Shown: positions 6,190 to 19,146, counted from the stretch's first letter. The stretch is 32,000 nt of DNA from Patescibacteria group bacterium (GCA_041649575.1 JBAZMW010000004.1:103131-135130); one strand, 5' to 3'. The notes: generated by a model not told the origin, from the sequence alone. Program-made: numbers and translations.

Positions 6190-6273
6190 GACCCTTCCCT
6201 CCTGACGCTCAAAAATGTTCAAGCTAGTATTATAAATAGCACAATTATTTATGGTTGTAAAGATAAATAAAAA

Positions 6274-6291
6274 TCCCGCCAAAAGGCGGGA
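6274..6291. terminator. bidirectional hairpin terminator downstream of 5S rRNA
   Basis: TCCCGCC-AAAA-GGCGGGA, flanked by A-runs upstream and T-runs downstream on both strands. Confidence 0.7.
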
Positions 6292-6305
6292 CTAGTTTTT
6301 AAATC

Positions 6306-6422
6306 CAGGGTCCGGGCGCTGACCTACTTTCCCCATTGAAGAGTATCATCGGCTCAGGAGGGCTTAACTACTGAGTTCGGGATGGGATCAGGTGTGACCC
6401 CTCTGATAGAAGCACCCAGACT
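6306..6422 (-). rRNA. rrf: 5S ribosomal RNA
   Basis: The reverse complement reads ...TCTGGGTGCTTCTATCAGAGGGGTCACACCTGATCCCATCCCGAACTCAGTAGTTAAGCCCTCCTGAGCCGATGATACT...GGGAAAGTAGGTCAGCGCCCGGACC, which matches the 5S consensus. Ends are approximate. Confidence 0.9.
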
Positions 6423-6473
6423 CTGGATTCAAAAATTTTTTGATAAGCAATAATCGTAATCACAATTCTTGCG

Positions 6474-9597
<3,124 letters not shown>

Positions 9598-9962
9598 TCA
9601 CAAGAATTTCAATTACGATTGGAATTCTTGCTCGACTAATTGCTTATCTTTCTACTTCTTTTTTGAGAATAATTGAGAATATTTAATTGTCAAAGTTCTC
9701 TTTTTCATCTTTTTTTCCTTTTAGCGTCCAGAGTGAGGACAACAAATCTTTTTATTGGCCGGCTTTGGGCGTTAAAAAAACCGCCTTGCTCCAAGCGGTG
9801 TTTCTAGCAGCGCAAAAAATGCCCGTTAGCTTGGAGAATGATTAGTGAAATAGTTGATGACTCTCATAAAGCGATGTTAACTAGTTTAAACTAATTGTTG
9901 TTTTTTGTCCAGGCTTTATTTTTTGAATAAGCTGTGGATAATCTATAATTGTTATTACTTTA

Positions 9963-9991
9963 ATTATATAGTTTTCTTAATTATTTGTCAA
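9963..9991 (-). promoter_or_regulatory. consensus sigma70 promoter for the 23S-5S unit
   Basis: On the minus strand: TTGACA (9991-9986), exactly 17 nt, TATAAT (9968-9963). It overlaps the stop codon of the upstream miaB-like CDS. No 16S lies between it and the 23S. Confidence 0.7.
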
Positions 9992-11196
9992 TATTGGGGT
10001 GGTTTTTTTTGCTCATTTGCCAGGTGTTTTTTAGTAAAATAGCTAAATTTACCCAATTTTATATAATCATCTACTTTTTTGTTAATCAATTTGTCTAAAA
10101 CGTGAAAACGGCGTTTTTTTTCGATAAATGGCACATTGTCGGTGAACTTTTTGGCAGCCATGGTGCCAATTCGAGGTGAATAACAAGCGATATAGGCTAG
10201 ATTAAAACCCACCTTCTTATATAAGTCGACGGTTCGACCAAATTGTTTCACAGTTTCGCCAGGAAAACCCACAATAATATCGGTGGTAAAACTAGCATCG
10301 GGCACTTGTTTTTTTATTTTTTTTATTAACTTTAAATATTCTTCCCTAGTATAGAGGCGGTTCATCTTTTTCAAAATGGTATTGTCACCAGCTTGGACCG
10401 GCAAATGGATTTCACGGTTGATTTGAGGATGGCTGGCAATCACTTTAATCAGTTGGTCGGAAAAATCCCAAGGGTTGGCAGAAATAAAGGATATTTTTTT
10501 GAATTTTTTTATTTTGGCGATTTCTTCCAGAAGATAGGGAAACAAGGTCGGAATTCTAGTTTTACCTAAACTTTTTACTAAGATCGGCTCAACTTTTTTA
10601 CCATCGGGCAATTTGAATTTTTTGTTTTTAACGACTAAGTCTGCGCCGTAGGAATTTACATTTTGTCCGATGAGCGTGATTTCGCTGTAGCCACGTCGTG
10701 CCAGATTCTTGGCTTCTTTAATTATATCAATAAAGGATCGGGAAATTTCTCGGCCGCGCGCCAAGGGTACAATGCAATAAGAGCAGGCGTTATTACAACC
10801 GTTGCCGATAGAAACAAAAGCATGTCTTTTGTCTGATCTGGTTGGCGACAGTGAGAAAAATTTTTCTATCGGTACGCATTCACAATCAGCGGAGATTTTT
10901 TTTAATTTTCCTCTTCTGACGCCCGATGGCTCGCGGCTAGCTGCGCCGACTAAACAACCAGTAATTATTATTTTTAACTGGGGATTTTTTTTCTGAAGCT
11001 GTTTTAATTTTTTAATTAAGCCATAGGCGCGATTCTCGGCCGCTTCGCGGACAACACAAGTGTTAATAATAGCCACAGTAGCTGTGGCTGGGTTGTTGGT
11101 TGGTCGGTAGCCGAGTTTTTGGTAGCGGCTGACAATTTTTTCCGAGTCGGCGACATTGCCTTGGCAACCGAAAGTTTTGAGGTAGAAAGTTTTCAT
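9988..11196 (-). CDS. miaB: MiaB-family radical SAM methylthiotransferase
   Basis: The start is taken at MKTFYLKTFGCQGNVADSE (typical MiaB N-terminus). Radical SAM motif GCNNACSYCIVP. The UPF0004 N-domain cysteines are present. The 15 extra N-terminal codons in the ORF track lie inside tRNA-Leu and are rejected. Assignment to MiaB rather than RimO/MtaB is not certain. Confidence 0.8.
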   Translation of the reverse strand: MKTFYLKTFGCQGNVADSEKIVSRYQKLGYRPTNNPATATVAIINTCVVREAAENRAYGLIKKLKQLQKKNPQLKIIITGCLVGAASREPSGVRRGKLKKISADCECVPIEKFFSLSPTRSDKRHAFVSIGNGCNNACSYCIVPLARGREISRSFIDIIKEAKNLARRGYSEITLIGQNVNSYGADLVVKNKKFKLPDGKKVEPILVKSLGKTRIPTLFPYLLEEIAKIKKFKKISFISANPWDFSDQLIKVIASHPQINREIHLPVQAGDNTILKKMNRLYTREEYLKLIKKIKKQVPDASFTTDIIVGFPGETVKQFGRTVDLYKKVGFNLAYIACYSPRIGTMAAKKFTDNVPFIEKKRRFHVLDKLINKKVDDYIKLGKFSYFTKKHLANEQKKPPQY

Positions 11197-11282
11197 GGTG
11201 CCTTGGGAGGGACTCGAACCCTCAATCCCTTGCGGGAACATGCTCCTAAGGCATGCGCGTATACCAATTCCGCCACCAAGGC
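11196..11282 (-). tRNA. tRNA-Leu (anticodon TAG) with encoded CCA
   Basis: The reverse complement reads GCCTTGGTGGCGGAATTGGTATACGCGCATGCCTTAGGAGCATGTTCCCGCAAGGGATTGAGGGTTCGAGTCCCTCCCAAGGCACCA. Anticodon loop CTTAGGA. Long variable arm. The terminal A of CCA is the A of the miaB ATG. Confidence 0.9.
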
Positions 11283-11330
11283 ATATTGCTAATCAAAATG
11301 ATTTTGCCGTCTATATTTTTTAACCGTTAA

Positions 11331-11386
11331 GTATACCAATTCTCCGCCTCGGCTTCGCCTTCGGCGAGACGAGCGCCACCAAGGCC
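11331..11386 (-). pseudogene. tRNA-Leu 5' fragment interrupted by a 25-nt GC-rich hairpin
   Basis: GTATACCAATTC...CGCCACCAAGGC repeats 11259-11282 but carries TCGGCTTCGCCTTCGGCGAGACGAG (11349-11373) inserted between duplicated CGCC tetramers. Confidence 0.6.
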
Positions 11387-11399
11387 TAAAACTATCTTT

Positions 11400-11428
11400 A
11401 AGATAATTAAAAAGCGCTATTTTGTCAA
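11400..11428 (-). promoter_or_regulatory. putative promoter for the tRNA-Leu/miaB transcript
   Basis: On the minus strand: TTGACA (11428-11423), 17 nt, TATCTT (11405-11400). Confidence 0.5.
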
Positions 11429-11477
11429 TAAAAAAATAATGATATAATAAATAAAAAATAATTAACAAAAATAAAAA

Positions 11478-14048
11478 ATGAACAGGAGGATTTTTTTATT
11501 TGTCTCTGTGATTCTGACAGGGATTTTTTTGTCGGGAAATATCTCTGCGGTTCTGGCACAAGACATCATACCGGTAAACAGCGGCGATTTATCTGTGTTT
11601 ACCGATTGGGCTTGTACCAATTGCGGGCAAGGGTCGCCATCGGGAAACAAGTATATAATTATGACAGCCAGCAGCTCCGTCCTGATTTCGCCGATAGTTG
11701 ATTTGAGCGCCTATACTAATCAGAAATTGGATTTTAAAGCGCGGACATATGGCGGTGTCAGCACCAGCAGCCCGGAAGTAACCATAAAAATTTCCACGGA
11801 CAGCGGGGTTAATTGGAATTTATTGGCCGGCGCTTTGGCGACCACCACTAATTTGACGGCGCAACCGACCATTGATTTGTCCGCTTATAACAGTTTCGCG
11901 AAGATAAAATTTGAGTCCTTGGGAGCGACCGGTTCCCAAGGAGTCGGCCTGGATGATATTGCCCTCACCGGGCTGTCAATAAACAATCCGCCCGTGGCGC
12001 TAATAAGCATGAGCACAACGACCGCGGAAGTAAATCAAATAATAAATTTCGACGCCAGCGCTTCGGCCGACGACGGCACTATCGTTGGCTATGATTGGGA
12101 CTTGGGCAATGGCGCGACAAGCAGTGGCTCACTAATTGCTTATGCCTATCCGGCGGCGGGAAATTTCACAGTCAACTTAACCGTGACCGATGACGGCGGA
12201 CTGGCTAATACTACCAGCACGGTAATTACCATTAATGATTTAACCGCGACCTCCACACCAGCAGAAATAAAAATTGGTGACGTGGTGATAAACGAATTTT
12301 TATCTTATGCGGAAACCGGCGACAAAGAGTGGGTGGAGTTTTACAACAACAGCACCTCGACCATTGATTTAAACGGCTGGACTCTAAGCGACAATTCTTC
12401 GACCACCACGATTTCTGGAATTATCGAGGCTACCGGCACGGCGCGATTTTTGGTTTGGGAATTTAGTAGCGGCAAGCTAAACAATGCCGGCGATATTATC
12501 ACCATAAAAGACGGGACGGGAAAAATAATCGATCGGGTGGCCTATGGCGATTTCGATGATGGCGATAAAGACGACAACGCTCCGGAGGCGGGAAAAAATT
12601 ATACTACCGCCAGAAAAGTTGACGGCTTGAACTCTGGCAGTAATAAAAGTGATTTTTTAGAAACTATTACCCCGACCAAAGGATTACCAAACATTATTAC
12701 ACCAAAACCCGCTCCCCCCTCTTCGGGTGGCGGTGGCGGAGGCAGCGCCGCACCCAGTCGTCAGCCAAAAGAGCAGCCCAAAGTAGCCACGACCACGGAA
12801 AAGATAGTTGTTAATTTTTCGGGAAAGATTATCATCAATGAGCTACTGCCCAATCCCGACGGCGATGATGAGGAAGGAGAATTTATTGAACTCAAAAATC
12901 TAGACGACAGGGAAATTAATCTGGCTGGTTGGCAACTAGCCGACAACAGTAATAAAAAATACACACTCGCCTCTTCAACTATAACAGTAGGAGGATTTTT
13001 GGTGGTAAAAAGGATTGATTCGCAAATCGCCTTAAATAATTCCGGCGTGGAAGCGGCTAATTTGTATTCACCAGACGGCAAGCTGGTCGACCGTGTAGAA
13101 TATATTGGCCCGGCTAAAGACGATTGTTCTTACAGTCGTAATAAAGATGGCAAGTGGCAGTGGAGCGTTAAGCTGACTCCGGGAGAAGAAAATATTTCCG
13201 AAAGCGAAGAGACGGCTCTAACCGCGACTGGTGCAGAAGAAGAAGCTGACAACGAGCCGACAGCGGCCAAAAAAACCAGCGCTACAAAAGCGAAAGACTC
13301 CAGCGGTGGCGCTAAAACTACAAAAGTAGCAACCAGTTATTATGTCGGCGAAGTGGCTTTGGAAAAAATTCGGGAGCTGGAATTGGGAGCTAAAATTAAA
13401 GTCAAAGGCGTGGTAGCGGTGGAGCCCGGTGTTTTGGGCAGCCAAATTTTTTATCTGGCTGGTTCCGGGATACAGGTTTATTGTTATAAAAAAGATTTTC
13501 CAAATTTAAAACCCGGAGACTACATCGAGGTTAGCGGTGAATTGTCGGAAAGCGGCGGCGAGAGAAGAATAAAAATAACTCAAAAAAGCGATATTAGTAT
13601 TTTGGCCGGCGGCAAAAATCTAGAGCCGGAGAAAGTAGCCACGGCCGATGTTGGCGAGGATTTGGAGGGGTCGCTAGTGACGGTGGAGGGAGAAATAATT
13701 GAAATAAAAGGTAGCAACCTATATTTGGATGACGGTTCGGGAGAAACCAAGGTTTATATTAAGAGTTCAACGGGAATTGTTTTGAAAACTTTGGGTTTGC
13801 AGGAAGGAGAAAAGGTTAAAGTTACTGGCATTATTTCCCAAACCAGTGGTGGTTATCGGCTGCTGCCTCGTTATCAGAAAGATTTGGAAAAAATAGGAGA
13901 GGTCAAAGGAGCGACAGAAGCCGCGCCGCCAGTTAGCGTCCAAAAAAGTTCAGTCTGGCTGAAATATCTAGCGGCAATTATTGGATTTTTACTGGTGGTG
14001 ATTGGCTGGCTGGTTAAAAAATACGTGTTGCCAAAAAAATCAAGCTGA
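11478..14048 (+). CDS. secreted or anchored multidomain surface protein: PKD domain, two lamin-tail (LTD) domains, OB-fold-like C-terminal modules and a C-terminal TM anchor
   Basis: 856 aa.
- N-terminal signal-like MNRRIFLFVSVILTGIFLSGNISAVLA
- PKD-like FDASASADDGTIVGYDWDLGNG...NFTVNLTVTDDGG
- LTD-like VVINEFL...EWVEFYNNSTSTIDLNGWTLSD and IIINELLPNPDG...EFIELKNLDDREINLAGWQLAD
- Gly/Pro linker
- C-terminal hydrophobic WLKYLAAIIGFLLVVIGWLV followed by KKY. Confidence 0.65.
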   Translation: MNRRIFLFVSVILTGIFLSGNISAVLAQDIIPVNSGDLSVFTDWACTNCGQGSPSGNKYIIMTASSSVLISPIVDLSAYTNQKLDFKARTYGGVSTSSPEVTIKISTDSGVNWNLLAGALATTTNLTAQPTIDLSAYNSFAKIKFESLGATGSQGVGLDDIALTGLSINNPPVALISMSTTTAEVNQIINFDASASADDGTIVGYDWDLGNGATSSGSLIAYAYPAAGNFTVNLTVTDDGGLANTTSTVITINDLTATSTPAEIKIGDVVINEFLSYAETGDKEWVEFYNNSTSTIDLNGWTLSDNSSTTTISGIIEATGTARFLVWEFSSGKLNNAGDIITIKDGTGKIIDRVAYGDFDDGDKDDNAPEAGKNYTTARKVDGLNSGSNKSDFLETITPTKGLPNIITPKPAPPSSGGGGGGSAAPSRQPKEQPKVATTTEKIVVNFSGKIIINELLPNPDGDDEEGEFIELKNLDDREINLAGWQLADNSNKKYTLASSTITVGGFLVVKRIDSQIALNNSGVEAANLYSPDGKLVDRVEYIGPAKDDCSYSRNKDGKWQWSVKLTPGEENISESEETALTATGAEEEADNEPTAAKKTSATKAKDSSGGAKTTKVATSYYVGEVALEKIRELELGAKIKVKGVVAVEPGVLGSQIFYLAGSGIQVYCYKKDFPNLKPGDYIEVSGELSESGGERRIKITQKSDISILAGGKNLEPEKVATADVGEDLEGSLVTVEGEIIEIKGSNLYLDDGSGETKVYIKSSTGIVLKTLGLQEGEKVKVTGIISQTSGGYRLLPRYQKDLEKIGEVKGATEAAPPVSVQKSSVWLKYLAAIIGFLLVVIGWLVKKYVLPKKSS

Positions 14049-14077
14049 TTTTTGCCAGCTTTTTATTAAAAATAATA

Positions 14078-15037
14078 TTAACCGCGCCAAAGGAGAAAAA
14101 CCAAATAAATTAAGTAGGCGCAGACCAGGCCAATGCCCTCATAGCGTTCAATGTGTCCTTTGCGCTTGCCGGTCAAGACGAAATAGAAAAGAACAAAGGT
14201 GGCAATGATTAAGACGGTGATGTCGATATTGAGCTGGGCGTTGAAAGCCAATGGCCGGATTAAGGCGCTGACGCCTAAAATAAAAGAAGTATTAAAAATA
14301 ATTGAGCCGATAATGTTGCCAACGGCAAAGTCGGCATTCTTTTTAAAAGCGGCAGTGGCTGAAGTGATAATTTCTGGCAAGGTGCTGCCTATCGAAATAA
14401 CAGTCAGGCCAATAAGCGCTTGACTTACGCCCAAGGATTTAGCCAGGCTGGTGGCGCTACCAACCACCCAATTGCCGCCTATACACAATCCGACAATGCC
14501 GATAACAATGTAGGCCAAAGACAGCGGGAGGCGATGTTCTGTAAAATCGGAGTGCTCGTTTTTTTTGGCTTTGGCGATGCCAAGAGTGTAATAAATAAAA
14601 ATCAAAAAAAAGCCTAATAGAATAATTCCGTCCCAACGGCTGATGGCCAGTGAGTCGCCGCTATTTAAGAGCAGGTTGTTGGCCAAAATAATTAAGATGG
14701 CGATGGCCAAAAGTCCCAGCGGAATTTCACGCCAAGTGGTATTGCTTTTGATTTTAATGGGATAGACAATCGCTGCGATACCGCCGACCAAGAGGATGTT
14801 GGAGATATTGGCGCCAATGGCATTGCCAATAGCCAGGTCGGCTGAATTTTTGAAATTTGACAGGATGTTGACGATTAATTCTGGTAGCGAGGTGCCAAAG
14901 GCGACAATAGTCAGCCCGATGGCTAAATTGGAGATTTTGAATTTTTTGGCTAGCGAAGAGGCGCCATCAACCAAAAAACCGGCGCCTTTAATGAGAAAAA
15001 TAAAACCTAAGATTAAAAGAGTGAGGTTGGCCAGCAT
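14078..15037 (-). CDS. CaCA-family sodium/calcium exchanger (YrbG-like)
   Basis: 319 aa and polytopic. Two alpha-repeat signatures: GLTIVAFGTSLPELIVN and GLTVISIGSTLPEIITS. Confidence 0.85.
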   Translation of the reverse strand: MLANLTLLILGFIFLIKGAGFLVDGASSLAKKFKISNLAIGLTIVAFGTSLPELIVNILSNFKNSADLAIGNAIGANISNILLVGGIAAIVYPIKIKSNTTWREIPLGLLAIAILIILANNLLLNSGDSLAISRWDGIILLGFFLIFIYYTLGIAKAKKNEHSDFTEHRLPLSLAYIVIGIVGLCIGGNWVVGSATSLAKSLGVSQALIGLTVISIGSTLPEIITSATAAFKKNADFAVGNIIGSIIFNTSFILGVSALIRPLAFNAQLNIDITVLIIATFVLFYFVLTGKRKGHIERYEGIGLVCAYLIYLVFLLWRG

Positions 15038-15049
15038 GGGATGACTATT

Positions 15050-17554
15050 TTAGATTAAGGTCACATTAGCCACAGTGTCCTTTTCTTCCTTGAAGCGCAT
15101 AACGCGGACACCCTGGGTATCGCGGCCGAGGACATTGACGTCTTTGACGCTCAAACGAATCACCTGTCCCTGATTGGAAATGACAATCAGGTCATTAGTG
15201 TCGCTATAGATGATTTTGCCGCTGACTATTTTTCCTGTTTTAGAATTAATTTTGGCGGTTTTGATGCCGCTGCCGCCACGTCCCTGCACTTTATAGGCGT
15301 TAAGCTTAGTCTGTTTGCCAAAGCCATTTTCCATAATTACCAGCAGGTTGGCGATCTTGTCATCTTTTTGGTTGAAGATTCCCATGCCGACAATTTTGTC
15401 GTTGGTTTTTAGTTTAAGGCCGCGGACACCGGAAGCAGCGCGACCCATTGGCCGCACATTGGCTTCTTTGAAACGGATCGCTTGGCCGTTGGCGGTGACT
15501 AGGATGATATTTTCGTCGCCTTTGGAAGGCATGACCCATTCCAAATTGTCGTTGTTTTTGATTTTGATGGCGATGAGCCCGGAGCGGCGGACGTTGGTAA
15601 AATCTTCGATGGGCGTTTTTTTGATAGTGCCGCCACTAGTAACCATAACTAAAAATTTATCGTTTTCGACATTAGTCAAAGGCAGAATGGCAGAAACTTT
15701 TTCGTTGGGCGCGAGCTGTAAAAAGTTGACTAACGCCTGGCCCTTGGCGGTGCGGGAGGCTTGAGGCACATCATAGCCCTTGAGCTGGAAAACGCGGCCG
15801 CGGTTGGTAAAAAACAACACATCGGCGTGAGTGGAAGTGAGGAAAAAGTGCTCCACGCTGTCTTCTTCTTTGGTGGTGAGCCCGATAACGCCTTTGCCGC
15901 CACGCCCTTGTTTTTTGAAGGTGTCGGGGGGCAGGCGTTTGATATAGCCGTCATTGGTGACCATGACGATCATTTCTTCATTGGGCACCAAATCTTCCAT
16001 GGTGAAACTGTCGACGCCGTGGGCGACAATTTGCGTTCGGCGCGGCTGGGAATATTTATTTTTTAGTTCGATAATTTCTTCTTTAATGATACTCAAAATT
16101 CTGGCGGGAGATTTGAGGATTGTCTCCAATTCTTTAATCAACTTTTGTTTTTCTTTAAGTTCGGTTTCCACCTTGATTCTTTCCAGGTTGGCCAATTGTT
16201 GCAGGCGCATCTCTAAGATGGCTACGGCCTGTCGGTCGCTAAGTTTGAATTTTTTGATTAGATTTTCTTTGGCCTGCTCTTTGTCTTTGGATTTTTTAAT
16301 GGTGTCTATCACTTGGTCGATTTTGGCCAAAGCCAAAACCAAACCTTCCAAAATATGAGCCCGGTCTTTGGTTTTTTCCAGATCAAAGCGTGTCCGGCGA
16401 GTGATTACTTCTTGGCGGTGTTTGAGGTATTCTTCCAAAATGGTTTTGAGCGTCAGAATGCGGGGCTGGATACCGTCAACCAAAGCCAGCATATTGAAAT
16501 GAAAAGTGGTTTGCAGGGCGGTATGCTTGAAAAGTTGATTGAGAATTTTCTTGGGGTAGGAATCTTTTTTTAACTCGATAACTATGCGCACGCCGTCCTT
16601 ATTGGATTCGTCGCGTAAATCTTTAATGCCTTCGATTTTTTTGTCTTTGACCAGCTCGGCGATTTTTTCCAAAAGCACCGCCTTATTGGTTTGATAGGGT
16701 ACCTCGGAAACAATAATTTGATTGCCGCCGCCTTTCATTTCTTCGATATTGGTTTTGGCGCGGCAAACAATGCCGCCTTTGCCGGAGGCGTAGGCCTGCT
16801 TGATGTCTTTGAGGCTGTAAAGAATACCGCCAGTCGGTAAGTCCGGGCCTTTAATAAATTTCAGCAAATCGTCAAGATCGCAATCAGGATTGTCGATCAG
16901 ATGCACGGTGGCTTCAATCACTTCGTTGAGGTTGTGCGGGTAAATATTGGTAGCCATGCCGACGGCGATGCCCTGGGTGCCATTAATCAAGAGGTTGGGC
17001 AGCTTGGCTGGCAAAACCAGCGGTTCCTGATGAGCGCCGTCGTAGTTGGCAACAAAATTGACAGTGTTTTTGTCGATGTCAAAAAGCATCTCCTCGGCAA
17101 TGCCCGAGAGTTTGGTTTCTGTATAACGCATAGCGGCGGCGCTGTCGCCATCCATTGAGCCGAAGTTGCCCTGGCCGTTGACCAGCGGATAGCGCAGAGA
17201 GAAATTTTGCGCCAGGCGCACCAAAGTATCGTAAATAGCCATATCGCCATGCGGGTGGTATTTGGCCATTACTTCGCCGACCACGTTAGCCGATTTTCTG
17301 AATTTGGCGTTGGCTTTCAGGCCGATGTCCCACATCGCGTAAAGCACACGGCGGTGAACCGGTTTTAGGCCGTCCCGGACATCCGGCAGAGCGCGGGAAA
17401 CAATAACCGACATGGCATAATCCAAATAACTCTGCTGGACCTCCAGGCTGATTGGCTGGGCAAAAACATTTGGTTCGCTAACGGAATTATTTTCGGTCGT
17501 TGAAATATTAGTGGTTTTGTTTTCTTCTTTGGCTGCTGTTTTTTTCTTGGCCAT
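15050..17554 (-). CDS. gyrA: DNA gyrase subunit A
   Basis: 834 aa. It has [39 protein letters not shown] and AAMRYTE (catalytic Tyr region), plus a C-terminal beta-pinwheel repeat region. Confidence 0.97.
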   Translation of the reverse strand: MAKKKTAAKEENKTTNISTTENNSVSEPNVFAQPISLEVQQSYLDYAMSVIVSRALPDVRDGLKPVHRRVLYAMWDIGLKANAKFRKSANVVGEVMAKYHPHGDMAIYDTLVRLAQNFSLRYPLVNGQGNFGSMDGDSAAAMRYTETKLSGIAEEMLFDIDKNTVNFVANYDGAHQEPLVLPAKLPNLLINGTQGIAVGMATNIYPHNLNEVIEATVHLIDNPDCDLDDLLKFIKGPDLPTGGILYSLKDIKQAYASGKGGIVCRAKTNIEEMKGGGNQIIVSEVPYQTNKAVLLEKIAELVKDKKIEGIKDLRDESNKDGVRIVIELKKDSYPKKILNQLFKHTALQTTFHFNMLALVDGIQPRILTLKTILEEYLKHRQEVITRRTRFDLEKTKDRAHILEGLVLALAKIDQVIDTIKKSKDKEQAKENLIKKFKLSDRQAVAILEMRLQQLANLERIKVETELKEKQKLIKELETILKSPARILSIIKEEIIELKNKYSQPRRTQIVAHGVDSFTMEDLVPNEEMIVMVTNDGYIKRLPPDTFKKQGRGGKGVIGLTTKEEDSVEHFFLTSTHADVLFFTNRGRVFQLKGYDVPQASRTAKGQALVNFLQLAPNEKVSAILPLTNVENDKFLVMVTSGGTIKKTPIEDFTNVRRSGLIAIKIKNNDNLEWVMPSKGDENIILVTANGQAIRFKEANVRPMGRAASGVRGLKLKTNDKIVGMGIFNQKDDKIANLLVIMENGFGKQTKLNAYKVQGRGGSGIKTAKINSKTGKIVSGKIIYSDTNDLIVISNQGQVIRLSVKDVNVLGRDTQGVRVMRFKEEKDTVANVTLI

Positions 17555-17558
17555 AAGT

Positions 17559-18449
17559 TTATTTTATAAATTTAAGACTGGATAAAATTTGGCTAAAGAC
17601 CGGCTCGAATAAGTCCTGGCCGCCTCGCGAATAAACATTAATTTCATAAATATTTTTTTGCTGGCCAGCATAGACCAAATAAGAAATATCTTTTTCTTCC
17701 ATTGTTTGTTTTAGATATTTTAAGGCCGGCTGTCCGTCGATAAAGAGCTTATTCTTGTCTGGCAGGTAATCGCTCAAATCCCCTTGATTTAATTTGAGCC
17801 ATTCTTCCAGTTTCAGTTTATTAGTGCTGGTTTTTTTAGTGATGATTACCTGGCCCAAAATTTTGGGCGTGCTGGTGGCCGGGCTGTAGCTGGTGAGCAT
17901 CAGGGTGTCGGCTGCTTCTTTTTTATACCAGTCGGGCGGATAGCGCAAGGAAAGGTTTAGGATTTCCGAAGAGTGTTGCGGCCAGTTGTCGCTGTTTAGG
18001 TTAATTTGCAGTTTTTGAATGATGTCGTTTTTTACTTGTTCCAGCTGGCTTTTTTGTTCTGGGACGGCAGTTTCTTGGGCCAGATTTTTCTGGGAGTCGT
18101 TAATGATGCCGCGCAGATCGGTCAGAGCCTGATCAAGGTTTTGTCCCAGGTCGTAGTCGCTACTGCTTTTTAACGCCTCTTTAACATTATTTTTCATCGT
18201 CCAAAACCAAAAAACCAAGACTATCAAAGCCAAAACTCCAACCACCAGCCAGGTTAGTTTTGATTTTTTTTCAACCTCACCGTCTGGCTCATTAATGACA
18301 ATATAGCTGTTTTTTTTCGCTGCCGCTGTTTCAGCTGGTTTGGCCGTGTTGATGCTGGGAGCGGAAATCTTTTTTCTGCTTCTAATAATTTTCTTGCTGG
18401 CACCTTTGGCGCCGCCGGTTTTGGTTTTTTTGCTTTTAGCCGCAGGCAT
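17559..18449 (-). CDS. hypothetical membrane-anchored protein
   Basis: 296 aa. It has a Lys/Ala-rich N-terminus and one TM segment ([19 protein letters not shown]). It ends 4 nt before the gyrA start (operon-like). No family recognised. Confidence 0.6.
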   Translation of the reverse strand: MPAAKSKKTKTGGAKGASKKIIRSRKKISAPSINTAKPAETAAAKKNSYIVINEPDGEVEKKSKLTWLVVGVLALIVLVFWFWTMKNNVKEALKSSSDYDLGQNLDQALTDLRGIINDSQKNLAQETAVPEQKSQLEQVKNDIIQKLQINLNSDNWPQHSSEILNLSLRYPPDWYKKEAADTLMLTSYSPATSTPKILGQVIITKKTSTNKLKLEEWLKLNQGDLSDYLPDKNKLFIDGQPALKYLKQTMEEKDISYLVYAGQQKNIYEINVYSRGGQDLFEPVFSQILSSLKFIK

Positions 18450-18461
18450 GGGAGAAAATGA

Positions 18462-19109
18462 TTAAGGTTTAAAAATAATAATTTTGGTTTCTTCTTGAGG
18501 CAGATCTTTCTTGTTGATTTTTAGTTTGTCCAAAGTTTCGCTGGGCAGGCCAGACTCCTTTAAAAATTTTTCCACTCCGTCCACCTGCTCTTTAAAAAGA
18601 GGGCTTTTGTAGTGCATTGGTATCACCAGGCGCGGTTCGACTTCGCCAATGATCTCGTTGGCTTTCTTGGCGTCAATAGTAAAAACACCGCCAACAGGAA
18701 TCATTAGAATATCAACATCACCCAATTTTTCTATCTGTTCGTCGCTAAGCAGATGCCCCAAATCTCCCAAGTGCACCAGATTTATCCCTTCCGTATTGAT
18801 ACGGTAGATGATGTTAGCGCCTCTTTCTTGGCCGGCTTGCTCGTCGTGCCAGGCAGGGATGCCGTAGATAAAGATGCCTTTGGTCTCATATTCGCCGGGG
18901 CCTCTGACGACGAAAGGATCTCCCATAATGGCGTTTAAGTTATTATGGTCGTCGTGATCGTGAGAGATGGTGACTACGTCGGCCTTGAATTTAGGAACGC
19001 CTGAAGAGCAGAACTGAGTGCCATAAGGATCGGTGGCAATAATTATTTCTTCGCCATTATTCTTGGTTTGGATTTTAAAACAAGAATGGCCGAGCCATTG
19101 AATTTGCAT
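18462..19109 (-). CDS. MBL-fold metal-dependent hydrolase (UPF0173-like)
   Basis: 215 aa. It has MQIQWLGHSCFKIQT and a histidine cluster TISHDHDDH. Size and pattern are typical of the short beta-lactamase-fold hydrolases. Confidence 0.75.
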   Translation of the reverse strand: MQIQWLGHSCFKIQTKNNGEEIIIATDPYGTQFCSSGVPKFKADVVTISHDHDDHNNLNAIMGDPFVVRGPGEYETKGIFIYGIPAWHDEQAGQERGANIIYRINTEGINLVHLGDLGHLLSDEQIEKLGDVDILMIPVGGVFTIDAKKANEIIGEVEPRLVIPMHYKSPLFKEQVDGVEKFLKESGLPSETLDKLKINKKDLPQEETKIIIFKP

Positions 19110-19146
19110 AAGTTTAATGCTAAGATTATTGAGTTAATACAAAAAT

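Noticed and set aside
9933-9941. Perfect DnaA box TGTGGATAA, plus one-mismatch boxes at 23021-23029, 23032-23040, 23843-23851 and 26821-26829, with gyrA nearby: a possible oriC
   Set aside because: The boxes are scattered over 17 kb rather than clustered. No dnaA or dnaN gene and no AT-rich unwinding element with phased boxes are visible. Single 9-mers of this composition are expected by chance in AT-rich spacers.
11197-11241. N-terminal extension (MFPQGIEGSSPSQGT) of the MiaB ORF
   Set aside because: These codons are the antisense reading of nothing. They lie within tRNA-Leu(TAG) itself on the same strand. The canonical MiaB N-terminus starts at the ATG at 11196.
15315-17250. Multiple 74-149-aa ORFs overlapping or antisense to gyrA
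   Set aside because: gyrA is unambiguous. The overlapping frames lack start signals and have low-complexity, Arg/Ser/Pro-rich translations typical of off-frame GC-rich coding DNA.
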